From positions 28,544-92,543 of the forward strand of contig JAHLWP010000012.1 of NCBI GenBank assembly GCA_019057865.1: a DNA stretch of 64,000 bases, in the 5' to 3' direction. A program made the position numbers and the translations under genes. Positions within the stretch are counted from its first letter, which is position 1, and each line of letters opens with the position of its first letter. Of the stretch, positions 17,973 through 28,909 are shown one piece after another. This DNA is from Promethearchaeota archaeon (GTDB lineage Archaea > Asgardarchaeota > Lokiarchaeia > Sigyniarchaeales > SOKP01). The notes under the pieces were generated by a model that saw only the letters and a program-made list of their open reading frames with translations, was not told the DNA's origin and made no database searches.

Positions 17973-19127
17973 TTGAGTTGGAAATACATGGATGCAATGG
18001 CAGAATATCTAATAAAAATTGAAAATTTTCCCAAGATTTTAGAAACATTGTTAAAAGAAAAAGTAGTAGATAAGATAATTGGAGCCCAAACTAGAATAGA
18101 TAAAAAAACTGAAAAAGAAGATAGATTTACTGTACAACCCAAACTATATGAAAAACCTGAAGATATTAAAGGTTTCCCATTAACAAATCTAATTACTTAT
18201 GGATATGCCAGAACTGACTCTGCTTCAAAATATTTACATAAATCAGTAGAAGGAGCAATGAAAGAAAAAGTAGCGCTCATTGCTCGACCTTGCGATACAA
18301 GAGCTTTAATCGAATTAGCTAAGATAAAGCAAGTTAATTTAGAAAATCTATTTATCATTGCTTTTGAAGATAGAGGAATGGTGATTAATGTATCACGACA
18401 AATGAGAAATTATAAAGACATCGATCCCACAAAAGTAGTGAAAGAAAAAATTGGAGATAAAGGATTAATCCTTCAAATTGATGATGGAAAAACCAAAGAA
18501 ATTGATTTAAATATCGCAGAAAATTGTACAAGGTGTACAAGAAAAATTCCTGTGGTAGCAGATTTAGGAATTAGTGATTTAGGAATTCCAATAGATTCAG
18601 ATGAAATTATTTTAAAAGTGTATTCTGATAAAGGAAATGAAATATTAGAAAAGTCAAAAATAGATAAAAAACCCATTCCGGATGACGTTAAAAAGGCCCA
18701 TACAGATAAGATAAAGGAAATTAAAGAGAATGCAATAACTAAAAGAGCAAAAGATTTAGAAGAATGGGATAAACTCTCTCAAACCGAAAAAATTGCCAAG
18801 CTTCAAGCATGTACAATGTGTGGAAATTGTATTAGAGGCTGTCCCGTGTGTTATTGCGTTGATTGTATACTTCAAAAGAAGCGAAAAGAAAAAATAATTA
18901 ATAAAGAGACATATCAATTAACTCGTATAGCTCATGTCGCAGACCGCTGTGTTGAATGTGGAAATTGTGATAATAATTGTCCTGTCCATTTACCATTATC
19001 TTTATACTTCCAATCGCTAAGTGAGGTGTTTAAAGAGAAATTTGGCTACGACGCAGGCATGTCTCTTGAAGATATTCCATTTAGATCAGGAAAAGCTATC
19101 TTACAAATGGAATTGGAGAAGACCTAA
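17973..19127 (+). CDS. FdhB/FrhB-like (F420 hydrogenase/dehydrogenase beta family) Fe-S protein; true start probably ATG 17988 or 17997
   Basis: ALIARPCDTRALIEL, CTRC, CTMCGNCIRGCPVCYC, RCVECGNCDNNCP. Confidence 0.8.
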   Translation: MSWKYMDAMAEYLIKIENFPKILETLLKEKVVDKIIGAQTRIDKKTEKEDRFTVQPKLYEKPEDIKGFPLTNLITYGYARTDSASKYLHKSVEGAMKEKVALIARPCDTRALIELAKIKQVNLENLFIIAFEDRGMVINVSRQMRNYKDIDPTKVVKEKIGDKGLILQIDDGKTKEIDLNIAENCTRCTRKIPVVADLGISDLGIPIDSDEIILKVYSDKGNEILEKSKIDKKPIPDDVKKAHTDKIKEIKENAITKRAKDLEEWDKLSQTEKIAKLQACTMCGNCIRGCPVCYCVDCILQKKRKEKIINKETYQLTRIAHVADRCVECGNCDNNCPVHLPLSLYFQSLSEVFKEKFGYDAGMSLEDIPFRSGKAILQMELEKT

Positions 19128-19262
19128 ATCTAATTTTTTCAAATTTTATTATTTTATTATTATATAGTACAATTATTTTGATCAAATATAGTATAAGAAA
19201 GAAATTAAATACAATTATTTTTATTTTTAGTATTTTATTACTCTTTTTTGGATTAGAGTTTT

Positions 19263-20849
19263 CTATTGCCCATTAGCAATTTCTGCAGTTTTTCTTGATT
19301 TTAGAGATATTTTAACATTCTCTGTTTTCTCTTCAGGTTTTTTAGTCTTATTTTTATTTAAGATTTCTTCTATGTTTCCCTGTGACATAATATCATTTAA
19401 TTCTTCTGAAATTATTGAGCTAGTCATTCCCATATTATGAAGCATTTCTAACCCATTCATGACTACTGTTTTAAGGAATCTAGGAAGATTTTTAGCCATC
19501 CATCCAAATTTTCCAAATGGGTTCATATATCTTTTTGCTTGAAATTTAAGCCACCCTGTAAGATAGTAAGCAGAATACGCTTCAGCTACTAATCGGTACA
19601 TATCCTTCGCTGTAAGCTGTTCAGTTCGCATCATTGGATGGAACAAGTCATAGTGTTTATAATTATAGCTAGTAATCATACCTTTTTCTTTCATTTCATC
19701 ATAGAACGTAGTTCCTGGAAACGCAGTTATTGGCGTAAATTGAATGCAAGATAAATTAAGCGACTTTGCAAATTGGATGGTTTGTCGAACCATTGTTTTA
19801 GTTTCCCCAGGATATCCTATTATTACTCCTCCAAAAATTGAGATTCCACGATCCTGTAACATAGTAACAACTTTTCTCACCATCTCAGGAGTAGTATTTT
19901 TTTTATTCATGGCATCAAGACTTTGTTGATGAACAGATTCAATTCCAAGGAATACTTGCTTCATCCCTGCCTTATGCATAAGATCAATTAACCATTGGTT
20001 TTGATATAAAGTATCTACTCGAGATTGACAAGAGATATATATTTTATTAGGAACACCTGATTTAATCAAGGTTTCGAGAATTTTTTTCGTTCTCTTGACT
20101 TTAATTGAGAAATTATCTTCACAAAAGAAGATAAAATCATTTTTCCAATCAATGTCATAAATTTCCTGCATTACTCGATTCACACTCTTGGTCCTATAGC
20201 TTATATGGTTATAAGGATCCTTCCACATTTTAGTGATACAACAAAACTTGCATGAATGCGGACAACCACGTGAAGTTTCCATTTGTACTACTCTTGCTCC
20301 TAAATAAATATATTTTTTATCTTGGAGAAGATCTCTACGCGGCAATGGAAAATTATCCAAATTTGGTTCTAATCTACGATCCTTGTTATGATTTATTTTA
20401 CCTTCTTCATTTTTATAAGAAACTCCATCTATATCCTTTAAGGAAATTCGTTTTCCATTTCCATCAATAAAATCTATTAATTCTTTAAATGTATGTTCTC
20501 CTTCTCCTCGTATTGTATAATCTACAGATGGTTGTTTAGCCACATATTCGGGAACTAATGTTGGATGATAACCTCCAAGAATCGTGGTACATCCCTGTTT
20601 TTTAGCCATTTCAGCTATTTCAATGGCGTGAGATATTTGAGGAGTCATTGATGTTATGGCTACCACATCGCTTTTATTTAGCTCCCTAAGAAATTGATGT
20701 TCACGATATTTATGAACCTTAAAATCAAATAATTTTGCATCATGGTCAGGAACCATTGCAGCTATTGAAATTAGACTTAAAGGAGCTCCCTTAATAACAG
20801 CATCCAATCCAGATTGTAGACGCGCAGAATTAACATACAGAATTTTCAT
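19263..20849 (-). CDS. B12-binding domain radical SAM protein
   Basis: GGYHPT, RGEGE, ETSRGCPHSCKFC, GIES. Confidence 0.92.
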   Translation of the reverse strand: MKILYVNSARLQSGLDAVIKGAPLSLISIAAMVPDHDAKLFDFKVHKYREHQFLRELNKSDVVAITSMTPQISHAIEIAEMAKKQGCTTILGGYHPTLVPEYVAKQPSVDYTIRGEGEHTFKELIDFIDGNGKRISLKDIDGVSYKNEEGKINHNKDRRLEPNLDNFPLPRRDLLQDKKYIYLGARVVQMETSRGCPHSCKFCCITKMWKDPYNHISYRTKSVNRVMQEIYDIDWKNDFIFFCEDNFSIKVKRTKKILETLIKSGVPNKIYISCQSRVDTLYQNQWLIDLMHKAGMKQVFLGIESVHQQSLDAMNKKNTTPEMVRKVVTMLQDRGISIFGGVIIGYPGETKTMVRQTIQFAKSLNLSCIQFTPITAFPGTTFYDEMKEKGMITSYNYKHYDLFHPMMRTEQLTAKDMYRLVAEAYSAYYLTGWLKFQAKRYMNPFGKFGWMAKNLPRFLKTVVMNGLEMLHNMGMTSSIISEELNDIMSQGNIEEILNKNKTKKPEEKTENVKISLKSRKTAEIANGQ

Positions 20850-21166
20850 GATTATTTTTCATCTATTTTCTCCTCAGATTTATGCCTAATTAGAACCATC
20901 ATCAAAGAATTATTTTACTAATTTTACGAAACAGTTTTATAGCATAAATTTAAGGGTTTTGATATTTATTAATATATAAATCTAAATTATTTAAAGTTAT
21001 TGTTGGATCAATATAGTAAAAGAGGGCTTGAACTATCAAGATTTAATAATCTGACAAGGAGGATGAAATATAGACTTAAAAAGCAATTTAAGTGCTTTAT
21101 AAAATAAAAAAATAATGAAATATTAAATTTAATCTAACAAAAAATAAATTAAAAGTAAGTAGTCAT

Positions 21167-21865
21167 TTGATGACCAGTTATTACAAAGAGAAACTCTCAG
21201 CGTTAAGATTGAAAAAATGTTACGATATTGCTCCACCCCGAGTTCAAAAATATTTACAAGCAGAATTAGATCATGTTTTACAAAAAATTACATCAAATGA
21301 TATTGTTTTAGAATTAGGATGTGGGTATGGACGTGTTCTCTCTCAAATTGCCACTAAAGCAGCTATGGTAATAGGGATTGATAATGCATATTCTAATTTG
21401 ATTTTAGCAAAAAAAGTGCTTAAACGCTATTCAAATTGTTGTTTATTAACGATGGATGCGATAAACTTAACATTTCGCAGTCATATGTTTGATTTTGTTA
21501 TCTGTATTCAAAATGGAATATCTGCTTTTCATGTTGATAAAATTAAGTTATTAGCAGAAAGCATTCGGGTTACTAAAGCTAATGGATATGTTATTTTTTC
21601 TAGTTATTCCGATAAATTTTGGGAAGATAGATTGGAATGGTTCCAATTGCAATATAAATTTGGTTTAATTGGAGAAATTAATTATGAAAAAACTCAGAAT
21701 GGGATTATTTCATGTAAAGATGGTTTCACAGCAACCACTATAGGTCCAGAAGAATTTTTATCACTAACTTCTAATTTTCATATTGAGCCTAAAATAGTAG
21801 AAGTTGATAATTCAATCCTGTTTTGTGAAATTAAAATCCCTAAAAAAGACTTTGATCAAAGTTAG
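21167..21865 (+). CDS. Class I SAM-dependent methyltransferase
   Basis: VLELGCGYGR motif I. Confidence 0.85.
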   Translation: MMTSYYKEKLSALRLKKCYDIAPPRVQKYLQAELDHVLQKITSNDIVLELGCGYGRVLSQIATKAAMVIGIDNAYSNLILAKKVLKRYSNCCLLTMDAINLTFRSHMFDFVICIQNGISAFHVDKIKLLAESIRVTKANGYVIFSSYSDKFWEDRLEWFQLQYKFGLIGEINYEKTQNGIISCKDGFTATTIGPEEFLSLTSNFHIEPKIVEVDNSILFCEIKIPKKDFDQS

Positions 21866-21903
21866 CTCAAAAAGTTTATATTTTAAGAGAGTAGATTTTA
21901 CGT

Positions 21904-23097
21904 ATGGTATTAGAAGAATTTGGTAAAAATTATTTACTTCTTGGTCTCCGAATAGGGAAATTAATAGATGGGTATATTGATGCTTATTTTGGACCACCAG
22001 AACTCAAAGATACTGTTGAGAAAGAGAAACCAAACTCCTCCAAAGATTTACTTGATAAATGTAAAGTTCTTCAAAAAGAATTACCTAATCAAGGTTTTAT
22101 TGAAGAACGTATCAGATTCATAGGAAAAATGCTTGGAGCCATGGAAACTTCATTGGAGATACTTAATGGACATGAATTTCCATATTTAGAGAAAGTTAAT
22201 AGATTATACGATATTAAACCAGAGTTAATTGATGATTCTGTATTTTATAAAGTAGCTAAAGAGTTAGATAGTATATATGAGGGATCTGGTAGTCTAGCTG
22301 AACGTATGGATACAATTCAGAAACAACGGGCTGTACTTGAAAATAAAATTGAAGGAACTTTTAGAAAAGCTTGTGAAATTGTGCGTGAACGTACACAAGA
22401 ATTATTTCCTGGCTTATTACCTAATGAAGAAGAATTTACCATCAAAATAGTCAAAAATGAACCTTGGGGGGCATATAACTGGTATTTAGGTAACTTTAAA
22501 TCTAGAATAGATGTAAATACAGATATTCCCAATGCTTGGACTAGAGTTTTATTAACTGCTGCTCATGAAGGATACCCTGGTCATCATACTGAGCATGTTA
22601 TTAAAGAAAAATTACTTTATATTGAAGAACAACGGTTTGAACATAGTATATTTTTGATCCAAACACCTGAATGTGTAATTGCAGAAGGTATTGGAAACAC
22701 AGGACTCGATGTATTGTATACTCCACAGGAACAAGTAAAAATAGGTCTTGAAGAATTATGTCCAGATCCCAAAAAGGAATTTTCTTTAGATGCATTGGTA
22801 GCTGAAAACGAGGCTACGAAGAATTTCATGGCTTTAATAAATAATTTGGCAATTCACGCTCATGTAGATGGTTGGTCTGATGATCAATTAATAAAATATG
22901 GATTAGAATTCGGTTTCGTTATAGAAGAGCGTCTTAGACAAAACTTACTGTTTATTCGCAATCCTCTATGGTCAACCTATGTCTTTAATTATTTCATAGG
23001 TGAAATGTTGATTAAAAAGAAATTTGGAGAACGACCTTCTCCTGCTGATTTTAAAAAACTCTTGACAAAGCCAGTATTACCATCAGATCTTGTTTAA
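21904..23097 (+). CDS. DUF885-like putative metallopeptidase
   Basis: HEGYPGHH motif followed by AEG. Confidence 0.65.
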   Translation: MVLEEFGKNYLLLGLRIGKLIDGYIDAYFGPPELKDTVEKEKPNSSKDLLDKCKVLQKELPNQGFIEERIRFIGKMLGAMETSLEILNGHEFPYLEKVNRLYDIKPELIDDSVFYKVAKELDSIYEGSGSLAERMDTIQKQRAVLENKIEGTFRKACEIVRERTQELFPGLLPNEEEFTIKIVKNEPWGAYNWYLGNFKSRIDVNTDIPNAWTRVLLTAAHEGYPGHHTEHVIKEKLLYIEEQRFEHSIFLIQTPECVIAEGIGNTGLDVLYTPQEQVKIGLEELCPDPKKEFSLDALVAENEATKNFMALINNLAIHAHVDGWSDDQLIKYGLEFGFVIEERLRQNLLFIRNPLWSTYVFNYFIGEMLIKKKFGERPSPADFKKLLTKPVLPSDLV

Positions 23098-23155
23098 ACA
23101 TTGAAAATTAGCTTATAATTTTAGTATAAAATTAATATTTTAATTCAAAATTATT

Positions 23156-23986
23156 TTAAAAAAAATTCCTTACAAATTCTAAGCTCTCAGGTAAATCTTC
23201 TACTTTATGTAGTTCCATAACTAATGCTCCTTTATAACCATATTGATTTGCTAATTCGAAAATCTTATTGAAATCTACTTTACCCTTACCTAATATTGGA
23301 TGAATATCTAAAGCATTTTCAAAATGTTCTACTAAATGAATATTTTTTATTCGGGCATGAAGCTTCTCCCATAACAAATCTATATGATCATTGCAGAAAT
23401 ATGTATGACCAGTATCCCAAGCAAAATAAACATCATTTCTATTAATTTCTGTAAAAAATTTGCCTATCTCTTTATGGTTTAGGAAAAATCCTGCCATTTG
23501 TGGCATATTTTCTAAACATGTAATTAAGTCCAAATCTTTAATTTTTCCCAATAAAACGTTAACTGAATCTATTAAACGATTTTTTAAGCCATTATATGAA
23601 TGATGAAGAAATTTTGCGTTTCCAGGATGAATTGTATAGACTTGAGCTCCAATTTCCTTACAAATTTCAGCAGAATTAATATAACACTCTATTGTGGCAT
23701 CTAAAATCCAAGGATTATGGGCACATAAGCTTAAATAAGCATAAGGCGCATGAAATTGCTTTTTAATTGAAGGATAAGACTTGCATAATTTAATGAACTT
23801 TTGTCGTTCTTCGTGAATTAATATTTCGGGAGGATCTAATATTAGTTCACAAACTCTAATATCATATTTTTCAGCAAAATCAAACGTTCTTTCAATTGAA
23901 TGAAGTAGTAATTCAATTGAATTGTGAAAACCTCCATTGTTTATTGAATCGTAAATAAACGCTATAGATCCTAAACCTAATTCCAT
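23156..23986 (-). CDS. Sugar phosphate isomerase/epimerase (xylose isomerase-like TIM barrel)
   Basis: HAPY, HPG, LENM, WDTGH, IHL, G.G.VDF, ME. Confidence 0.8.
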   Translation of the reverse strand: MELGLGSIAFIYDSINNGGFHNSIELLLHSIERTFDFAEKYDIRVCELILDPPEILIHEERQKFIKLCKSYPSIKKQFHAPYAYLSLCAHNPWILDATIECYINSAEICKEIGAQVYTIHPGNAKFLHHSYNGLKNRLIDSVNVLLGKIKDLDLITCLENMPQMAGFFLNHKEIGKFFTEINRNDVYFAWDTGHTYFCNDHIDLLWEKLHARIKNIHLVEHFENALDIHPILGKGKVDFNKIFELANQYGYKGALVMELHKVEDLPESLEFVRNFF

Positions 23987-24188
23987 TTATTATCAGAATT
24001 TATATAAATAATTTATTAAAAAAATTAATAATTATAATCGAAGAAAATAATAAATGATTAATAAAGTATATGTTTATAAAAAGTCAGTTATTTAACGTTC
24101 TTAAGATAATAGAAAGAGAACTAAAACCTTTATTATTCTTTTTAAATTATAAATTATTAATTACTAAATTTCAAAAAATTGAAGAAAT

Positions 24189-24959
24189 ATGTCGCTACCG
24201 GCTAAAAAAGCAATTGAAATTGATGAGAATATCACTCATTATGTTCATAAAATGTTAAACATGGAAATGATTCTTAAATATGACGAGTCTAAATGTATAG
24301 AGTGCGGGTTTTGTCACCGAGTTTGCCCGGTAACTGTATCTATATACGATGAACCTCTCAAAAGAACAGCTATCGGTACTCCAGAAGAAATGGGAGTTGA
24401 ATCCGAGAAAAAGATTGTAGTTGATACTGAGAAATGTATTTGGTGTGGTAGTTGCTCATGGATATGTCCAGGATATACACTAGAACTTTTAATCAATGGA
24501 GAGAATAAGATTTTATTGGTAGAAAATGGCTCTCTTGCTGAATTTGAGGAAGAAGTTCGAACTTTGGAGAATGGAAATAAAGTTCGAAAGGTGGTTGAAG
24601 GGAGCATAACGATTAAGTGTAATGAAGGGGATACAAAAGTCATAGATCAATTTGCAGATGAGTGTTCTGTTGGAGCTATGACCCGAAAAGACAAAGATAT
24701 CGAAGTAGACAGAGATAAATGTATTTTATGCTTTAAATGTACAGAAGCGTCAAAAAATTATGAAAATATAAGTGTTGAAGTACATCGAGATCGATTTAAA
24801 CAAGTTAAAGGAGAACCTTCTTCAGTATGGAATGGTATTATGCTACGTGTTCTAGGGAAAGAGGGAAAAATAAAAGGTATTATGAGTCGTAGCCAGAATA
24901 AACTTGCTGATGCAGTAATGCGATTAATGGGAAAAGAAGAAACTGAAGAAGAAGGTTAA
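24189..24959 (+). CDS. 4Fe-4S polyferredoxin-like protein (FwdF/FwdG-like)
   Basis: CIECGFCHRVCP, CIWCGSCSWICP, CILCFKC plus one degenerate motif. Confidence 0.75.
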   Translation: MSLPAKKAIEIDENITHYVHKMLNMEMILKYDESKCIECGFCHRVCPVTVSIYDEPLKRTAIGTPEEMGVESEKKIVVDTEKCIWCGSCSWICPGYTLELLINGENKILLVENGSLAEFEEEVRTLENGNKVRKVVEGSITIKCNEGDTKVIDQFADECSVGAMTRKDKDIEVDRDKCILCFKCTEASKNYENISVEVHRDRFKQVKGEPSSVWNGIMLRVLGKEGKIKGIMSRSQNKLADAVMRLMGKEETEEEG

Positions 24960-25021
24960 TCTAATTAACTATTATTTTTCACATATTAATAAAAAAAGAT
25001 TTTATTTATAATCCTCTCTAT

Positions 25022-25813
25022 TCAAGGGTATTTTTGATGTAAGTTCTTTATAAAATCATCTAGCTCCTTCATGGATTTTTTTTCGGTAGCATAAGCAGCC
25101 TTCCCACATTCGTCTTCTAAATCGAGGCATGATTTAATATATGCTTTATTCATAATGGTTAACATGGATTTTGTAAAGAAGATAAATTCTGTTTGATATT
25201 TAACTATTTGTTTAGCAAAATTAAGAGTTTCAGCATTAAGTTGATCGAGTGGAAAAACTCTTGTTGGGAAATTGATGTTCTTTAACTCTTCCACACCAAC
25301 TTTATCTGCAGTAAAAAGTAGTTGTTTTGCATATGATAATCCGAAGCTCAACAATGGTAAAAGGGTTGCCCCTGTCTGTGGAAAGGCAGAAATTGCGAGT
25401 TCTGGTAATTGTATATATAACTCATCCTTAGATCTATCCGCAAAGATCCTTAAATCAGAAGCAAGTATCAGTAAAACGCCAAATCCAACAGCAATGCCTT
25501 GAACTTGAGTTATTACTGGTTTCTTCATGAGAAGAATAGTCTCATTGACTTTTCTACCCCACTCTGTTATTTTAACTGCTTTTTCAGGAGATCCTTGTAT
25601 TTCTTTAAGATCATAACCTGCAGAAAAGAATCTCTGTTCAACACTTTTAATTATAATACATTTAACTTTTTCATGTTTATCTGCTTCAACTAGCTTCTCA
25701 TGTATTGATTTTAACATCGAAATATTACAGGCATTTGCCTTATCAGGTCTGTTTATTGTAATTATAGCAATACGTCCTCTTACTTCATATAAAATTAATT
25801 CTTGATTACTCAT
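25022..25813 (-). CDS. Enoyl-CoA hydratase/isomerase family protein
   Basis: ITINRPDKANA, FSAGYDL, AVGFG, LPEL. Confidence 0.88.
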   Translation of the reverse strand: MSNQELILYEVRGRIAIITINRPDKANACNISMLKSIHEKLVEADKHEKVKCIIIKSVEQRFFSAGYDLKEIQGSPEKAVKITEWGRKVNETILLMKKPVITQVQGIAVGFGVLLILASDLRIFADRSKDELYIQLPELAISAFPQTGATLLPLLSFGLSYAKQLLFTADKVGVEELKNINFPTRVFPLDQLNAETLNFAKQIVKYQTEFIFFTKSMLTIMNKAYIKSCLDLEDECGKAAYATEKKSMKELDDFIKNLHQKYP

Positions 25814-25878
25814 AAGATCTTTAACTTAAATTATAATTTAAAGTATATTGAACCTAATGTTATCTCTATAAATTATGA

Positions 25879-25992
25879 ATAAAAGATTTTTTAGATGTTG
25901 AGGCTAATAATGAAAAGGCATTCACATTGTATAAGAAATTTGGTTTTAATGAAGAAGAATCACGAACAGTAATGGTCTATAAAACTAAATAA
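25879..25992 (+). pseudogene. Remnant C-terminus of a GNAT (RimI-like) acetyltransferase
   Basis: Translates ...FLDVEANNEKAFTLYKKFGFNEEESRTVMVYKTK*; in-frame TGA immediately upstream, no start. Confidence 0.65.
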
Positions 25993-26177
25993 CATATCCC
26001 CTATATCATCACTCTTTTTAAGAATCATTTCTCCTTTTTTCTCCATAAAATTATAACTATTATATTCTTTAATGTTGAAAAATATAAAACTAAAAAATTA
26101 AAAAACTATCTACCACATATTTAGATTGTCATTTCTAATATAAAGAATTAAATAAAAAAAAAATAAAGTGATAAAAA

Positions 26178-27185
26178 GTGGCTAAAAGAATATCGATCAA
26201 TGGATTCGGAAGGATTGGGCGCAATTTTTTTCGCGCGTTATCGGAAAAATATCCCAATGATATCGAAGTTGTTTCCATTAATGATTTGTTTGAACCAAAA
26301 TATCTAGCTTATGTCTTAAAATACGATTCAATATTTGGAAGATTTCAGGGTACTGTCGAGTCTAAAGAAAATGCGTTAGTTGTGAATGGGAAAGAAATTC
26401 CAATTACAGCTGAGAGAGATCCAGCAAATTTACCACATGCTAGTAATAATATTGATGTAGCAGTAGAATGTACTGGATTCTTTACTAAAAGAGAAGGTGC
26501 CGCAAAGCATTTAGAAGCAGGGGCTAAACGAGTGCTTATCAGTGCACCTGCCGTTAATCCAGACTTTACTGTTGTTATCGGGTGTAATGATGATAAATTA
26601 ACTAATGAACATAAAATTATCAGTATGGCGAGCTGTACTACTAATTGTTTAGGTCCTATAGTAAAAGTGTTAAATGACAATTATAAAATACAAAGCGGTA
26701 TTATGACCACAATTCACTCATACACCGGTGATCAGAGAACTGTGGATACCGCACGAGCAGGAGATCCTGTAAAGATGATTCGAGGAAGAGGCGCCGCTGC
26801 AAATATTTTACCAACAAGTACTGGAGCGGCAAAAGCAATTGGTGTAGTCTTTCCAGAGTTGAACGGTAAGCTAGACGGTATAGCAATGCGTGTCCCAACA
26901 CCAGATGGATCAGTAGTAGATTTAAAATGTAATGTAGAAAAAAGTGCGACAGCAACAGATATTAATAATAAAATGAAAGAATATGCAAATGGACAATTAA
27001 AAGGAATTTTAGAATATACTGACGATGCGATTGTAAGTAGCGATATAATAGGAAATCCAGCGAGTTCTATTTTCTCTTCACTATGGACAAAAGTTATAGG
27101 GAGTATGGTTGGCGTAGTTAGCTGGTATGATAATGAGTGGGGATTTTCAAACCGCATGGCTGATTTGATCGTTCAAAAATTATAG
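26178..27185 (+). CDS. gap: Type I (bacterial-type) glyceraldehyde-3-phosphate dehydrogenase
   Basis: INGFGRIGR, ASCTTNCL, PTSTGAAKA, RVPTPDGS, WYDNEWG. Confidence 0.95.
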   Translation: MAKRISINGFGRIGRNFFRALSEKYPNDIEVVSINDLFEPKYLAYVLKYDSIFGRFQGTVESKENALVVNGKEIPITAERDPANLPHASNNIDVAVECTGFFTKREGAAKHLEAGAKRVLISAPAVNPDFTVVIGCNDDKLTNEHKIISMASCTTNCLGPIVKVLNDNYKIQSGIMTTIHSYTGDQRTVDTARAGDPVKMIRGRGAAANILPTSTGAAKAIGVVFPELNGKLDGIAMRVPTPDGSVVDLKCNVEKSATATDINNKMKEYANGQLKGILEYTDDAIVSSDIIGNPASSIFSSLWTKVIGSMVGVVSWYDNEWGFSNRMADLIVQKL

Positions 27186-27222
27186 ATCATTGATTACTAA
27201 ATTCTCTTATTTTTTTATTTTT

Positions 27223-27888
27223 TTATCGTTTAATTTTCTTTCTAAAATTCAATTGATAAATAAACCAATTTCCAAATTCTTCATCTAATTCAAAGCCGGC
27301 TTCTTCTGCCCATTTTTTTTCTGTTTTTCGTCTAGGATAATCAGGATCAGGAAGCATTTCACTTAAGGATATCAGCCCATTAGGTTTTAACACTCTTTTA
27401 AATTCTTTAAGAGCTCTTATTGGTTCTGGAATTTCAGGAAGACATGCAATCATTAGAATACGGTCAACACACTCATCTTCAAATGAAAGATTATACACAT
27501 CATCTATTTTGGGAATTATGTTTGTGATATTTTCTTTTTCAATTTTTTTCTTTAAATAGTTTATTACAGAGTCTTGGATATCTATAGCATATACTTTTCC
27601 CTCTGGCAAGACGCTTTTGGCAATTGCTTTCGTATAACTCCCCTTTCCTGGTCCAATTTCAATAATTATCATACCAGGTTCGAGCTTCATCCATTCAGCA
27701 ATCTTTTCAGGTTTTTGTATGAACTTCCTTCTAATAGGATTGTCAATTAAACGTGTTAAAAAACCGGGAATAGGAAATTTATGACATCATCGGATAATTC
27801 TTAGTATTACAAATACAATAAAAAAGAATATTCCCAAAACTATTAGAAATATCAGAAATATGGTTCTTAAAATTAACCAAGGATCCAT
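27223..27888 (-). CDS. Membrane-anchored class I methyltransferase interrupted by an in-frame TGA at codon 34 (possible pseudogene)
   Basis: Frame extends upstream of the listed ORF to ATG 27888: MDPWLILRTIFLIFLIVLGIFFFIVFVILRIIR*CHKFPIPGFLTRLIDNPIRRKFIQKPEKIAEWMKLEPG; EIGPGKG motif. Confidence 0.7.
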
Positions 27889-27979
27889 TCCTATTATACT
27901 CTTGAAATTCTATAGATATGATTTAATTAATTGAATAAAAGAATAATCCTTTTAAAGATCTATAAATAATAAATTAACC

Positions 27980-28909
27980 ATGGATCTTAGCACTGGTAAA
28001 ACTATTGAAATAACAGATAAAAAACTTTTTGATGAGTATTTCCAAAAATATCCACCAGAAATTTCTGAATTTACATTTACAAACCTCTTCATGTGGAGGA
28101 ATTATTATAATTTCTTATTCATGGAGTTTAAGGAGCACCTAATCTTATTTTCTAATGATTATCTGAAAAATAGGAAAAAACCAATTAATGCAGGCTCTAT
28201 TGATTATATTTACTTCTTTCCTCCAATCGGTCCACATCCAGATGAAATCATTATTAAATTATTTGAGAATATTAATAATATAGAAATTCATAGAATTCCA
28301 GAAGAAATATGCGAAAAAGTAACTCAAAATGAGAAATATAATAAATTAAATCTAGATTGTCTTGAAGATCGGAATAATTGGGATTATATTTATAACAAAA
28401 AAGAGATTCTTAATTTAGCAGGAAATAAGTTCAGACAAAATAGAAGATGGCTACAAAAATTCCTTAACAATTATGATTATGATTTCCAATTGATAACAGG
28501 AAATATTGTTGCGAAATGTAAAGAGCTCCAATTGGAATGGTGTGTAATGAGAGCTTGTACTGAAGATGAAAGTTTAGAAGCAGAACAAGAAGCAATATAT
28601 GAAGCGCTAAACAATTTTAATACGTTAGGTTATAGTGGAGGAATAATTTGTGTGGAAGATAAATGTGCTGCTTATACATTTGGTGAAATGTTAAATAAAA
28701 GAACTTTAGTGATTCATATTGAGAAAGCTCATATGGAATATGAGGGCTCTTATCAAGCAATCACTAATTTATTTTTAAAAAATTGCTGTGTAGATACGCT
28801 TTATGTTAATAGAGAACAAGATTTGGGAATAGAAGGGTTAAGAAGAGCAAAAGAATCTTATAAACCTACTTATATGGTAAAAAAAAGCATAATTTACCGA
28901 AAAGACTAA
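27980..28909 (+). CDS. DUF2156 / phosphatidylglycerol lysyltransferase-like domain protein
   Basis: SEFTFTNLFMW, DYIY, HIEKA, NREQDLGIEGLRRAKESY. Confidence 0.85.
   Translation: MDLSTGKTIEITDKKLFDEYFQKYPPEISEFTFTNLFMWRNYYNFLFMEFKEHLILFSNDYLKNRKKPINAGSIDYIYFFPPIGPHPDEIIIKLFENINNIEIHRIPEEICEKVTQNEKYNKLNLDCLEDRNNWDYIYNKKEILNLAGNKFRQNRRWLQKFLNNYDYDFQLITGNIVAKCKELQLEWCVMRACTEDESLEAEQEAIYEALNNFNTLGYSGGIICVEDKCAAYTFGEMLNKRTLVIHIEKAHMEYEGSYQAITNLFLKNCCVDTLYVNREQDLGIEGLRRAKESYKPTYMVKKSIIYRKD

Noticed and set aside
25022-25024. TGA ends of 25022..25813 and 39757..40971 as Sec codons
   Set aside because: Both fall at the natural C-terminus of complete domains, with no Cys context or SECIS seen.
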